A DNA stretch of 64,000 nt from Chloroflexota bacterium. Its GTDB lineage: Bacteria > Chloroflexota > Dormibacteria > DASZGP01. The DNA lies in contig JAXDLW010000047.1 of assembly GCA_034666405.1 (NCBI GenBank), positions 79,579 through 143,578 on the forward strand, read 5' to 3'. The notes beneath the pieces were generated by a model that did not search any database, had not been told where the DNA came from, and was given only the letters and a program-made list of their open reading frames with translations. Made by a program: the position numbers and the translations under genes. This document shows positions 47,227-56,336 of the stretch, in pieces; the first letter of the stretch is position 1; each line of letters begins with the position of its first letter.

Positions 47227-49116
47227 TCAGCGTCGGCCCAGGCGCCTGCGCACCAACAGCGCCGGGGTAGCGATCAAAACGAGGGCCAGCACCACGCCCG
47301 CGGCCACCACGGCAGCCCCCGCGGGACCGCCCGCGGATGTTAACGGCAGGATCGATGGGCTGGGGCTGGGCGCGGCCGCGACCGGGCAGTACGGGTTCGC
47401 CGGTACACCGGCACAGGGGTCCGGCATTGTGGGCGTGACGGCGGCGCTCAGTGTGTAGCTCAGTGGCAGGAAGCAAACCCCGGCGCCCTCGTCGCCAACC
47501 AGCTGGGCCGGCGGCGTGCACTGGCGGTCGCGCGGCTGGTAGCTGGTTGCCGGGACCTCGGGGCAGGGTGGCAAGGCGCTGACGATGAGGCTCTGGGCCC
47601 CGGTGGCGCAGACGATCTGGCCCGTGTTGGCCGCGTCGCTGTTGGTCACCCCGACGACGCAGGGGGTGCTCTCGAGCGTCGGAGGGTCGGTCGTGAGAGT
47701 GCCCCCAGTGTTGGTGTCACTGCTGAAGCAGTTGGGGTCGGGCGCGGAGCCTACGGTGTCGCTGGGGGCCTTCGCAGCGCCGCTGGCCTGGTTGTAGATG
47801 TCGCCGTTGCTGGGGTTCGCTGGGCTGGCGAAGTTGCCATTGTTGGTGAAGACGTTGTGAGCGATGTAGTTGCCGAGCGACAGGTAGGTGCAGACCTCGC
47901 CCGGCGACGGCACGTTGTTGTCGATGCCACCACCGCACGCTGCGAGCCCGCTCTCCGGGTCGGGAAAGTCGTGCGTGACGATGCCCCACGACCCGTTGTT
48001 GGCGATGCGGTTGCCGATGACGCTGATGTGCTGGGTCGCGACCAGCTCGATCCCCGTGCCGACCGCGGAGACCGCTGTCAGGCCCGAACCAGGCGTGTTG
48101 CCGTTGTTGTTGTCGTGGATGTAGTTGTTGTAGATCACGTAGCAGCTGTTGGGCCCGGCCGCGATTCCCCCCAGCGTCGGGGAGGTCGACGGCGAGACAC
48201 ACTGCCCGTACTCCGGTGAGGGCGCGTCGTCGTTGTTCTGGGCGTTCGACACCAGCCCCGTGCGGTTGAGGTCCCACTCCCCGTTCTCCACCAGGAAATT
48301 GCCCCCGGCGTTGGTGCTGGACAGGCCGAGCGCGCTGTTCTCCGCGTGGGGATGGTCAAGCACCATGTTGCAGTTGCGACAGGCGCCGACGTAATACGCG
48401 GAGTCGCGCATGTTGCTGGCATAGGAGTGGTCGATGAGCCCGGGGCCGGTCTCATTGCTGGTGAAGATGCCGTAACCCGCGGATGGCGACGTCGAGTCCT
48501 TGTAGTACGTGGAGGTGCCGGTGATGTAGTCGCCCTTGATGGCCATCGGGATCGAGGTACCACTGCCGTCGCCGCCGTTCCACCAGATCTCGTTGTCGAG
48601 GTAGTTGCAGACGGTGAGGTTCTCCACCGACACCCCGCTGGCCTTGTAGACCATGATCCCCTGGCGGTTGTGCATCGTGCTGTCCGTGAACTGGACCTGC
48701 GCGCCCTGGAGCGCCGGCGTCTGCGAACACGCCACGCTGCCCGCGGCGGCCGTTCCCTTCGGTTCAGTGGCCGAGAGGTTGGTGCCGTCAACGATCACGG
48801 TGTCGCGGTTCATGCCTCGAATGTGGATTCCCGGGGTGGACACCAGCACCCCCGCAGGCTGGACGTCGCCGGCGTTCGGACTGAATCCCTTCTCGTGGTA
48901 GACGCCAGGGGCGATCAGGACCCAGTCGCCAGTCTGGGCGTGGAACACCGCGTCCTGGATGCTGGTGTACTGCGCACCCGGGGTGCCGGCCGGGCCGACC
49001 AGCAGGACATTCGGGCCGGCAGCCATAGGTGCGGCTGGGAAGGCGAACGCGCCGAGCACGCAGGCAATGACAAGCGCGCCGGCGCGCGCCGCGCTCCGTG
49101 TGTGGGTCAACCTCAT
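47227..49116 (-). CDS. right-handed parallel beta-helix (PbH1/NosD-like) exported protein with C-terminal membrane anchor
   Basis: Signal peptide. Repeated N/G-rich beta-helix rungs (HAENSALGLSSTNAGG, YIHDNNNGN, IGNRIANNG). C-terminal hydrophobic helix plus RRRLGRR. ATG 49116 overlaps the upstream stop by 4 bp. Confidence 0.65.
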   Translation of the reverse strand: MRLTHTRSAARAGALVIACVLGAFAFPAAPMAAGPNVLLVGPAGTPGAQYTSIQDAVFHAQTGDWVLIAPGVYHEKGFSPNAGDVQPAGVLVSTPGIHIRGMNRDTVIVDGTNLSATEPKGTAAAGSVACSQTPALQGAQVQFTDSTMHNRQGIMVYKASGVSVENLTVCNYLDNEIWWNGGDGSGTSIPMAIKGDYITGTSTYYKDSTSPSAGYGIFTSNETGPGLIDHSYASNMRDSAYYVGACRNCNMVLDHPHAENSALGLSSTNAGGNFLVENGEWDLNRTGLVSNAQNNDDAPSPEYGQCVSPSTSPTLGGIAAGPNSCYVIYNNYIHDNNNGNTPGSGLTAVSAVGTGIELVATQHISVIGNRIANNGSWGIVTHDFPDPESGLAACGGGIDNNVPSPGEVCTYLSLGNYIAHNVFTNNGNFASPANPSNGDIYNQASGAAKAPSDTVGSAPDPNCFSSDTNTGGTLTTDPPTLESTPCVVGVTNSDAANTGQIVCATGAQSLIVSALPPCPEVPATSYQPRDRQCTPPAQLVGDEGAGVCFLPLSYTLSAAVTPTMPDPCAGVPANPYCPVAAAPSPSPSILPLTSAGGPAGAAVVAAGVVLALVLIATPALLVRRRLGRR

Positions 49117-50699
49117 CCTCCTGGTGGCGGGAAGTTGGCGCCGTGTACCGGCATCCATGTATGACGCCAGTATCCCAGTGCCGCGCCAATCAGGAGGAAC
49201 AGCGCGGCGACCCCCATCGCCGTCGCGGCATACCCGTTGACGTCGGGTTGGGCGGCGGGCGCGTCCACCGTCAGGTTGCTGCGCTGGAGATTGGCCAGCG
49301 CGTCGCGCATCGCCTGCCGGACGTCATCGACCGTCGGCTGCTGGCGGAGGCCGGCGTCGACCGAGGCCAGGCTGGTGACCGAGGCGTACCCGTCTGGCGC
49401 CGACTGCTGACGGGTCGCCGGGACCACGTTGGCCGGCGGTGCGGCGACCGCCGCGGCCTTGGCCTGGCCGCATCCCGGGGGCGCGCCCACGCACGGGTCG
49501 GGCATCGTCGATTGAGGACCGGGCTTGGGCTGCTTGGTCTCGGACTTGGGGTCGGTGATACCAGCCGCGCCGAGCGCGGTCCGGATGGCGACGACAGGGT
49601 CGCCACCGACCGGCGCCGAGACCGGGCCGCAGGAGTTTGCCTGCTCCAGCGTGGGGGGGTCCAGCGTCGCGGGCTTGCCGTTATCGGTGTTCTCCTCGAA
49701 GCAATTGTTGGCACCGATCCCGTCCCAGCCAACGTCGGCATCGCCCGAGTTGGAGATATCGTTGAACTGGACCTGGTTGCCCACGGTTGGAGTGATCAGG
49801 TAGTGCAGGACGATCCCGTAGTGCGATTGGTTACGCACCTTGTTGTGGATCACCTGGTTGTTCCACCCCCCCGCGATCTCGATGCCCATGCCGATGGGCG
49901 CGCTGAGCGGCCCGATCTGGAACGTGCTGGGCGCGGAGGCGTTCTGGTTGTCATGGACATAGTTGTTGGTGATCACGTTGCCCACCTTGCCTCCCTGCGG
50001 GGCGTCGTCCTCACTGGTCAGGGTGTTGGGCACGATCCCGGCAACATTGTTGTTCCACTCGGAGTCCTTGATCAGGATGCCGCCGGCGTTGGTGCCCGAG
50101 TAGCCGAGCCCGTTGTTCTCCGCGTGGACATCGGTGATCACGGCCTTGCAGTCGAAGCAGGCGCCGATGTAGAACCCTGAGTCACCATTGCCCGAGCCGT
50201 ATGAGTAGCTCATCTCACCTAGGGTTGAGCGGAACGCGTAGACGCCGTACTCGGTGTTGTCAAAGGCCGTCAGGAAGGATCCCTTGAAGCCGGTTACCTT
50301 GTCCCACTCAAAGCCGTTTGCGGTGTAGTCGCGGGCCGTCATGTTCGACAGTTCCACGTAGTTCGCCCCGTTGACATAGAAGGCGTTGTCGAGCTTCTTG
50401 TCGCCCTCGAAGATGACCGTGTTGCGGTCGACACCGCGGATCGTCAGGTATGGCGTGGTGACCTGGATTGCCTCGTGGTACGTACCCGGGCCGATCAGCA
50501 CGAGGTCGTGCTCTTGCGCCGCCTGGACCGCGGCTCCGACCGAGGAATAGTCCTGCGGGACCCGCAGGACCCGGCCGGGTGTCGCCGCCCGCGTGGGCAC
50601 CAGCGCGAGCGATGAGATCGCCGCCAGGAGTCCCAGCACGGCAAGCGCACGCACCGCCCGCAGCGAGGTCAATGCCGTCATCGCGCCCGTCATCGTCAT
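49113..50699 (-). CDS. right-handed parallel beta-helix exported protein (paralog) with C-terminal TM helix
   Basis: Shares the AENNGLGYSGTNAGG and YVHDNQN motifs with the downstream paralog. Signal peptide. 4-bp overlaps at both ends. Confidence 0.65.
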   Translation of the reverse strand: MTMTGAMTALTSLRAVRALAVLGLLAAISSLALVPTRAATPGRVLRVPQDYSSVGAAVQAAQEHDLVLIGPGTYHEAIQVTTPYLTIRGVDRNTVIFEGDKKLDNAFYVNGANYVELSNMTARDYTANGFEWDKVTGFKGSFLTAFDNTEYGVYAFRSTLGEMSYSYGSGNGDSGFYIGACFDCKAVITDVHAENNGLGYSGTNAGGILIKDSEWNNNVAGIVPNTLTSEDDAPQGGKVGNVITNNYVHDNQNASAPSTFQIGPLSAPIGMGIEIAGGWNNQVIHNKVRNQSHYGIVLHYLITPTVGNQVQFNDISNSGDADVGWDGIGANNCFEENTDNGKPATLDPPTLEQANSCGPVSAPVGGDPVVAIRTALGAAGITDPKSETKQPKPGPQSTMPDPCVGAPPGCGQAKAAAVAAPPANVVPATRQQSAPDGYASVTSLASVDAGLRQQPTVDDVRQAMRDALANLQRSNLTVDAPAAQPDVNGYAATAMGVAALFLLIGAALGYWRHTWMPVHGANFPPPGG

Positions 50700-51466
50700 C
50701 GCGATCGCCCGAGACGAATGGGGGGACCGAACCAGGCCAGGCCGAACAGGAGCGCCGAGACCACCAGCGCGGCGCCGGTGGCGACCAGGACCCAGGGCGC
50801 GGTGCCGGAGGCCCTGGTCTTGACCACGACGTTGGGGCGCAGGTCGATGCCCACGAGTGAATCCTTGACCGCCTGGCCGGTGGAGACCGTGTCGGATGCG
50901 GCGCCGCTCGCGCTCGACGCCGGCGTGTTGCCACCCGAGGCCGGCTTGGCCGTCGTCGTGCGGCTCGAAGTCGTGCCGGCGGAGCCTGGCGTGGCGGCCG
51001 TGGTGCCGGCCGTCGTTCCGCCTCCCGACCCCCCTCCACCACTTCCCGACCCCGGGCTGCTGCCCCCTCCGCTGCTCGACGGGGGCTGCACGTCACCGCT
51101 GACGACAACCTGGCCCTTCATGCTCGGGTGGATGCTGCAGATGTAGTTGTAGGTGCCCGAGTACTGGAAGGTGAATGACTCCGACTGGCCGCTGGACACC
51201 GCCCTGCCCCCGTTGATGATCATCGCCACCGGGCAGTTGGGGGGCCCGCCACAGTAGGCGTTATGGCCGGCATTGGGATCGCGGTTGGTCCACGTCACCG
51301 TGTTCCCCGGGTCGACGGACACGGGGCTGGGGCTGAACCCGCCGCTGACGCCGGTGATGTTCACGCCCTGGTCGGCCGCGAGGACCGGCAGGCTGAAGAG
51401 AAGGCTGGATGCCGCCAGCAATCCCAGAACCAGCCCCGCCCTCTTCGCGATGGCCTGGTTATGCAC
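50696..51466 (-). CDS. cupredoxin (type-1 blue copper) domain protein with Gly/Ser/Thr linker and C-terminal membrane anchor
   Basis: Signal peptide. Copper ligands H...C..H....M appear as YICSIHPSMKG. Plastocyanin-like ~100 aa domain, then a GS-rich linker, a TM helix and an RLGRSR tail. Confidence 0.7.
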   Translation of the reverse strand: MHNQAIAKRAGLVLGLLAASSLLFSLPVLAADQGVNITGVSGGFSPSPVSVDPGNTVTWTNRDPNAGHNAYCGGPPNCPVAMIINGGRAVSSGQSESFTFQYSGTYNYICSIHPSMKGQVVVSGDVQPPSSSGGGSSPGSGSGGGGSGGGTTAGTTAATPGSAGTTSSRTTTAKPASGGNTPASSASGAASDTVSTGQAVKDSLVGIDLRPNVVVKTRASGTAPWVLVATGAALVVSALLFGLAWFGPPIRLGRSR

Positions 51467-51533
51467 CCTTCACTCCTGCTCCCGCTTCAGTGAGCGTCAG
51501 TCTACGTCACCAAATCCACGCCCGGCGAGCCGG

Positions 51534-52349
51534 TCAGGGGGTCGCCGCCCCCGCGTTGAGGACGTCACCGCACGTGAGGAGGGCGTACTGACCCTGGTCG
51601 TCCAGGCCTGGCCCGTGGTGAATCGCGACATACCGCTCGCCGTACTTGATCCCGTCCGACTGGGGTATCTCGGTGGTGGCCTCAGCCTTCCCGGTGGCAT
51701 CGGCCACCAGCACGTTCAGGACCTCACGGACCGGGCCTTCGTTCAGGCACTGACCGACGTGCAGGTGGTTCGGGTGGCGGGTCCCCGGTTCGAGGCCCGA
51801 GGCCCGCACCCGCACAGTCATCACCCGCGTCGCCCGGTCGTAGCTGATGTGCACGGTCGCCGCCGTCGCCGCATAGGCGGCTGCCGGGGCCAGCTCGGTG
51901 CGCGCACCACCGGTCACGGCGGCACACGCCAGGGGAGACAGCTCAGCCGGCGCCTGGCTCCCAGGCCCGACGGCGACGGAAATGCCCCAGGACAGCAGGG
52001 ATCCATCGAGCGCGCCGGGGCGCCCCGGCAACGCGACGCGAAGGTCGCCCGTTGCGGTTCCCGCCGCGTCGGCGCGCAGTAGCCCGACGGGCATCGGCGG
52101 CGAGCCACAACCGGCCTGGCCGACCTCCAGCGGGTGGACGCTCGACGGCTGCAGGCCGTGGACCGCGTAGCGCAGGCTGGTCCCATCCGGGTCGGTCAAG
52201 AGCTCCACGGTTCCGAGCGGTTGGTGCCCCATCCTGGGGTCCGCCTGGTCGACCACAAGAGGCACTGCGGGGGCGGAACCACAAGCCGCCATGACCAGGA
52301 TCGACAGGCCGGCCACGATGGTCGCCACGCGGCGCGCGGCCGCGGTCAC
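51534..52349 (-). CDS. tandem CHRD-domain lipoprotein
   Basis: GTG start overlapping the CapA stop (GTGA). Signal/lipobox ...LSILVMAACGS. Second repeat NHLHVGQCLNEGPVREVL matches the CHRD AHIH.G..G.NGPV motif. First repeat is degenerate (HPLEVGQAGCGSPP). Confidence 0.5.
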   Translation of the reverse strand: MTAAARRVATIVAGLSILVMAACGSAPAVPLVVDQADPRMGHQPLGTVELLTDPDGTSLRYAVHGLQPSSVHPLEVGQAGCGSPPMPVGLLRADAAGTATGDLRVALPGRPGALDGSLLSWGISVAVGPGSQAPAELSPLACAAVTGGARTELAPAAAYAATAATVHISYDRATRVMTVRVRASGLEPGTRHPNHLHVGQCLNEGPVREVLNVLVADATGKAEATTEIPQSDGIKYGERYVAIHHGPGLDDQGQYALLTCGDVLNAGAATP

Positions 52350-53545
52350 TGCGGAGCGGGAACCGGGGGTGAGGGCGGGGCCTCGGTGGTGCCCGCCGCG
52401 ATCAGGGTGCTGGAGGTCCTCATCAGACCGGTGACATAGTCGGCGTAAGGCCCGCTGAGGAAGCGGGGCTGGCCGTACTCGTAGATCCGCGTCGGCCTGT
52501 AGGTCACCGCCGCCAGCCTGCCATCCACGAACGTGTACTTGCCCACGACGCCGTCGCGCGGGTCCTCCTGGCCCGGGTCGGGCGTCCACATCTGGTCGAA
52601 CACGAAGTTGCCGTGGGCATAAGTGATCAGCTTGTCCTTGTAGATCTCAACCCCCTGCACCGCGTGGGGGTGGTTGCCGATCACGAGGTCGGCGCCATCA
52701 TCGATGGCCAGGTGGCCGATCTCGCGGGGGTCGTCGGGCGCGATGAAGTCGTGCGTGGACTGGGGGGTGAGAACGTATTCCTTGCCCCAGTGGAACTGCA
52801 CGACGACAACATCCGCGCTGGGGCGGGCCTGGGCGATCTCGCGCTGCAGCTCGGCTCGGTTGATCGCCACCCCCACGCCGTTGAAGCCGAGGAACGCGAA
52901 GCGAACCCCGCGCACCGTCATCGTCGCCACCAGGCCGAGCCCGGTGGGCTGGATCTGGTGTTCGGTGAGCAGCTTCTCTGTGCTGTCGGTGCCGACCGCC
53001 CCGAAGTTGGTGAGGTGGTTGTTGCTGAGGTTCGCGATGTTGACACCGGCATATGCCAGGCCGTCGATGAACCGGGGGTCACCGCAGAAGCTCATGCCGG
53101 TTGGTGACGGCTTGCAGGTGGCGAACAGCGGGGCCTCGAGGTTGATGAACTCGATGTCGCCGCTGCGGAGATAGTCCGCCGTGGCCTCGAAGGGCCATTT
53201 GAAGTTGTTGCGCTTGAGCATCTGCTCATTGGTGTTGCGCGCGGGGATGATGTCGCCGGTGACGATCATGGTCACCTTGCGCGCGTCCGCCACCGCGGAC
53301 AGGTCCGGCGGAGTCCCGAAAATCGCCGCCAGGGACAGGGGCATGATGGGCGACGGCGATGGGCTCGGGCTGGGGGCGCTGCTGGCGCTTGCGGTGGGGC
53401 CTGGAGAGACGCGGGCGGCCGCGGGGGTGCGGCCGCCGAGCCGGCCCGAGACCAGCAGGCCGAGCAACGCGAGAACCAGGACCATCGAGACGCCCGCGAG
53501 GCCGATCTCGACCGGCCCCAGCCGGCGGCGGCGCCGCGTCCTCAC
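52346..53545 (-). CDS. CapA/PgsA-family metallophosphatase-like protein
   Basis: N-terminal TM. Motifs GDIIPARN, NLSNNH, GNHPHAVQGVE, HGNFVFDQ of the CapA (poly-gamma-glutamate biosynthesis) family. Confidence 0.7.
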   Translation of the reverse strand: MRTRRRRRLGPVEIGLAGVSMVLVLALLGLLVSGRLGGRTPAAARVSPGPTASASSAPSPSPSPSPIMPLSLAAIFGTPPDLSAVADARKVTMIVTGDIIPARNTNEQMLKRNNFKWPFEATADYLRSGDIEFINLEAPLFATCKPSPTGMSFCGDPRFIDGLAYAGVNIANLSNNHLTNFGAVGTDSTEKLLTEHQIQPTGLGLVATMTVRGVRFAFLGFNGVGVAINRAELQREIAQARPSADVVVVQFHWGKEYVLTPQSTHDFIAPDDPREIGHLAIDDGADLVIGNHPHAVQGVEIYKDKLITYAHGNFVFDQMWTPDPGQEDPRDGVVGKYTFVDGRLAAVTYRPTRIYEYGQPRFLSGPYADYVTGLMRTSSTLIAAGTTEAPPSPPVPAPQ

Positions 53546-53940
53546 GTCGCGGGCTGGATATCCCTGATAACCAGGCGCACCCGGCCGTGGGCCAGTATGC
53601 GGTCCCGGTCGTCGCGCACCTCGACCTGCCAGAGGTGCATCTGACGTCCGCGCTGCACCGGCGTGGCGACCCCGGTCACCCGGCCGCCGGAGACGCTGCG
53701 GAGGAAGCTGGTCTGGTTCTCGATCCCGGCCGAGGTCTTCTCGGGCATCACGTTGATCGCCGCCCCGATCGACGCCAGGCTCTCGATGATGGTGCAGTAG
53801 ACGCCGCCGTGGATGATGCCCCAGGGCTGGGTGTGGCGCGCGGGGTCGAGGTCGACGATGCCCTCCACGCGTTCGGTGGTCGCGGAGGTGATGACCAGCC
53901 CCAGGCCGCCCTCGAACGGCCCGCGCCCGGCATTGAGCAT
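53542..53940 (-). CDS. PaaI-family hotdog thioesterase
   Basis: HGGVYCTIIESLASIGA...VTGVATPVQRGRQMHLWQVEV pattern. Start chosen at MLNAGRG. Confidence 0.6.
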   Translation of the reverse strand: MLNAGRGPFEGGLGLVITSATTERVEGIVDLDPARHTQPWGIIHGGVYCTIIESLASIGAAINVMPEKTSAGIENQTSFLRSVSGGRVTGVATPVQRGRQMHLWQVEVRDDRDRILAHGRVRLVIRDIQPAT

Positions 53941-53980
53941 CTCGGCGAAGTCCTGCCCCACGTGCGCTAACTTATCAGCC

Positions 53981-54460
53981 GTGCCGAAGCTGCCCAAGCT
54001 CGCGGCCGCGGTGACGGGGGCCGCGGTGGCGGCAGCCATCGCGTTCCCGCCATCGCGCCGCCAGAGCGTGCGGGTGGCGCGGGCGATCATCGACGAGCTG
54101 GCGATGCGCGCCGACACCTCGTGGAGCGACAGGCTGATGCTCCTGACCACGGAGGGGCACCGCACCGGTTTTCCCCACACGGTGGTCCTCGCGGGCGTCG
54201 ACGTCGATGGTGAGAACTATGTCCTGCCGTGGATCGGGACGCCGTCCTGGCTCCGCAACTTGCGAGCGAAGCCCGACGTCGTCGTGGACGACCGCGTTTC
54301 GGTCCACCGCGCCCGGGCGGAGGTCGTCGAGGGACCGGCAGCCGAGGCCGCGCGGGAGGTGCTCCTGGCCGGGTTGCCGTCCCCCCTGCGCGCCGCCATC
54401 GAAAGCACCGGCGTGGCGCTGCGCCGGGGCTCGCCGGCGGTGCGCTTCCGGGCGCGCTGA
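53981..54460 (+). CDS. nitroreductase-family deazaflavin-dependent oxidoreductase (DUF385-like)
   Basis: LLTTEGHRTGFPHTVVLAGVDVDGENYVLPWIGTPSWLRNLRAKPDVVV is the typical DUF385 core. GTG start at 53981. Confidence 0.6.
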   Translation: MPKLPKLAAAVTGAAVAAAIAFPPSRRQSVRVARAIIDELAMRADTSWSDRLMLLTTEGHRTGFPHTVVLAGVDVDGENYVLPWIGTPSWLRNLRAKPDVVVDDRVSVHRARAEVVEGPAAEAAREVLLAGLPSPLRAAIESTGVALRRGSPAVRFRAR

Positions 54461-54468
54461 TCAACCCC

Positions 54469-55362
54469 GTGAGGGCTCGGCGCGTCACCCTGGTGCACAA
54501 CCCAGGCTCGCGCGGTGACTCCGCGGCGATGGCGGCACGGGCCGAGGCCATCGCCAGGGCGGCGGGAGCCGAGGTCGCCCTGGCCACGACCGACATGCGG
54601 GGACACGCCTTCATCCTCGCCACCGCGGCCGCGTCGGAAGGCGCGGAGCTGGTGGTCGCCGTGGGCGGGGACGGGACGGTGCGAGAGGTCGCCGCGGGGC
54701 TCGCCGGCACCGGGGTGCCGCTGGGGATCGTGCCCGCGGGGACCGGCAACAGCTCCTACCTGGAGCTCTTCGGCGGGGTGCCGTGGGAGGGCGTCCTGGC
54801 GAGCGCCGTCGTGGCATCTGAAACCCGCGCGGTGGACCTCATCGAGATCCGCCAGACCGGCGAGCTCGGCCTGCTGGGCTTCAGCGTCGGCTGGTTCGCG
54901 CAGATCGTGCAGCTCGCGGCGAGGGGCTCGACCGGCGGCGCCGCGGCCTACGCGGAGGCAGCCGGTGTGGCCGCCCAGTCGCCGCTGCGCTTTGCCGCCA
55001 CGGTCAGGGTTGACGGCGAGCTGCTGGCCGAGGGCGACCTCGGGCTGCTGGCGATTGGGGGCGCCCGCGTGCGTGCCTCCGTGTTCCCCGTGTTCCCATC
55101 GTCACTCATGGATGACGGTCTGCTCGAGGTGCTGGCCGTTTCCGCGACGGACACCGCCGGCTTCAACGACCTGCTCGGTGCGGTCCTCGAGGGCAGGCAC
55201 CTCGACCACCCACTGGCGCGCCACACCCGGGGGCGGGCCGTCGAGGTCACCGCGCCCGAGGGCATGCTGGCAGAGTTCGACGGCGACATCTGGGAACGGG
55301 AGGTGTACTCGGTGGACCTGGGCTGCGCCCCGGGCCGCCTGACCGTGGCGCCTCGGCTGTGA
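54469..55362 (+). CDS. diacylglycerol/lipid kinase catalytic domain protein (YegS/DgkA-like)
   Basis: VGGDGTVREV (GGDG motif), GIVPAGTGN. GTG start at 54469, 9 nt after the preceding stop. Confidence 0.7.
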   Translation: MRARRVTLVHNPGSRGDSAAMAARAEAIARAAGAEVALATTDMRGHAFILATAAASEGAELVVAVGGDGTVREVAAGLAGTGVPLGIVPAGTGNSSYLELFGGVPWEGVLASAVVASETRAVDLIEIRQTGELGLLGFSVGWFAQIVQLAARGSTGGAAAYAEAAGVAAQSPLRFAATVRVDGELLAEGDLGLLAIGGARVRASVFPVFPSSLMDDGLLEVLAVSATDTAGFNDLLGAVLEGRHLDHPLARHTRGRAVEVTAPEGMLAEFDGDIWEREVYSVDLGCAPGRLTVAPRL

Positions 55363-55397
55363 CGTCTGTGTAACGAAGGCCTCCGTGCCACAGGTTT

Positions 55398-56186
55398 GTG
55401 ACTGTCACACCCGTTACACCAACACAGATGGAAAGGCACATCGAGTCCGCTGGGCGACTGGCAGCGATCATCGCCTCGATCTGCGTGCTGGTGGTCGGCC
55501 TGACCACCGTCGCCATGGCGCACGACGGAGGCGGCTCGCGGCAGGGCTCGAGCACCCAGGGCCGCCGGGACGACCGCTCGCATTCGAGGCCCAGCCCGAA
55601 GCCGACCACCAAGCCCAGCCCCGCCCCAACGGCCAAGCCGAGCCCCAGGCCGACGGCCAAGCCGAGCCCCAGGCCGACCGCCATCCCGACGGCGACCGGC
55701 TCGACGGGCGGCACCAGCACCGGCCCGGGCGGCAGCGCGGTCGCGGGCAGCACGACCAGCGCGGCCCAGGCGCCGGCGGTCAAGTCCACCGGCACGCTTG
55801 GCCACGCCGCGGGCCCCGCCGCCACCTCGTCGCACGCGACGGCGTCCACGGTCTCCGCGGCACAGGCTCCGGCCGGGGCGATGGCGGCCTCGGGCGGGCC
55901 GGCACTGCCGTCCGGCGGGCAGGCTGCGGAGGAGTTCAAGCAGGGCGTTCTCGGCATCTCGGGCACCTTCGTCCCGATGGGCACCGGGCTGGTCGTCGGC
56001 TCACTGGTCCACGTTGGCAGTGAGGCCGGCGGGCTCAACACCGGCCAGCAATTGCTCATGGTGGCCTGGCTGATGGCCAACGGGTTCGCCATCTTCCTGG
56101 TCCGCCGGCGGCGGGCGGCGCGCCGCACCCATCCATCGGGTCCCGAGTTCAGGCCCATCACGCTGGGCACCCACAACTTCTCCTAA
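55398..56186 (+). CDS. hypothetical bitopic membrane protein with KPSP-type Pro-rich repeats
   Basis: N-terminal TM (LAAIIASICVLVVGLTTVAMA), TAKPSPRPTAKPSPRP repeats, C-terminal TM plus RRRRAARR. Confidence 0.45.
   Translation: MTVTPVTPTQMERHIESAGRLAAIIASICVLVVGLTTVAMAHDGGGSRQGSSTQGRRDDRSHSRPSPKPTTKPSPAPTAKPSPRPTAKPSPRPTAIPTATGSTGGTSTGPGGSAVAGSTTSAAQAPAVKSTGTLGHAAGPAATSSHATASTVSAAQAPAGAMAASGGPALPSGGQAAEEFKQGVLGISGTFVPMGTGLVVGSLVHVGSEAGGLNTGQQLLMVAWLMANGFAIFLVRRRRAARRTHPSGPEFRPITLGTHNFS
55590..55690. repeat. imperfect tandem ~30-nt repeats encoding (T/P)AKPSPRP
   Basis: ggccaagccgagccccaggccgacg appears twice, plus related copies. Confidence 0.6.
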
Positions 56187-56336
56187 CCCCAGGCGGCAGC
56201 AACAACCTCCCCGCCATGACTGTTACACCACTGGCACAGAGTGCCGGTGGGGTAAATAGTGATAGTGACGGTTATATGTAATGCGATACAAAGTACCGCC
56301 ACGATCACTCACTAGTCGAGGAGGATCCAGATCCAC

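Noticed and set aside
51914-52294. Arg-rich ORFs on both strands within 51898..52294
   Set aside because: They overlap the tandem-CHRD lipoprotein gene in wrong frames; the composition is diagnostic of shadow ORFs.
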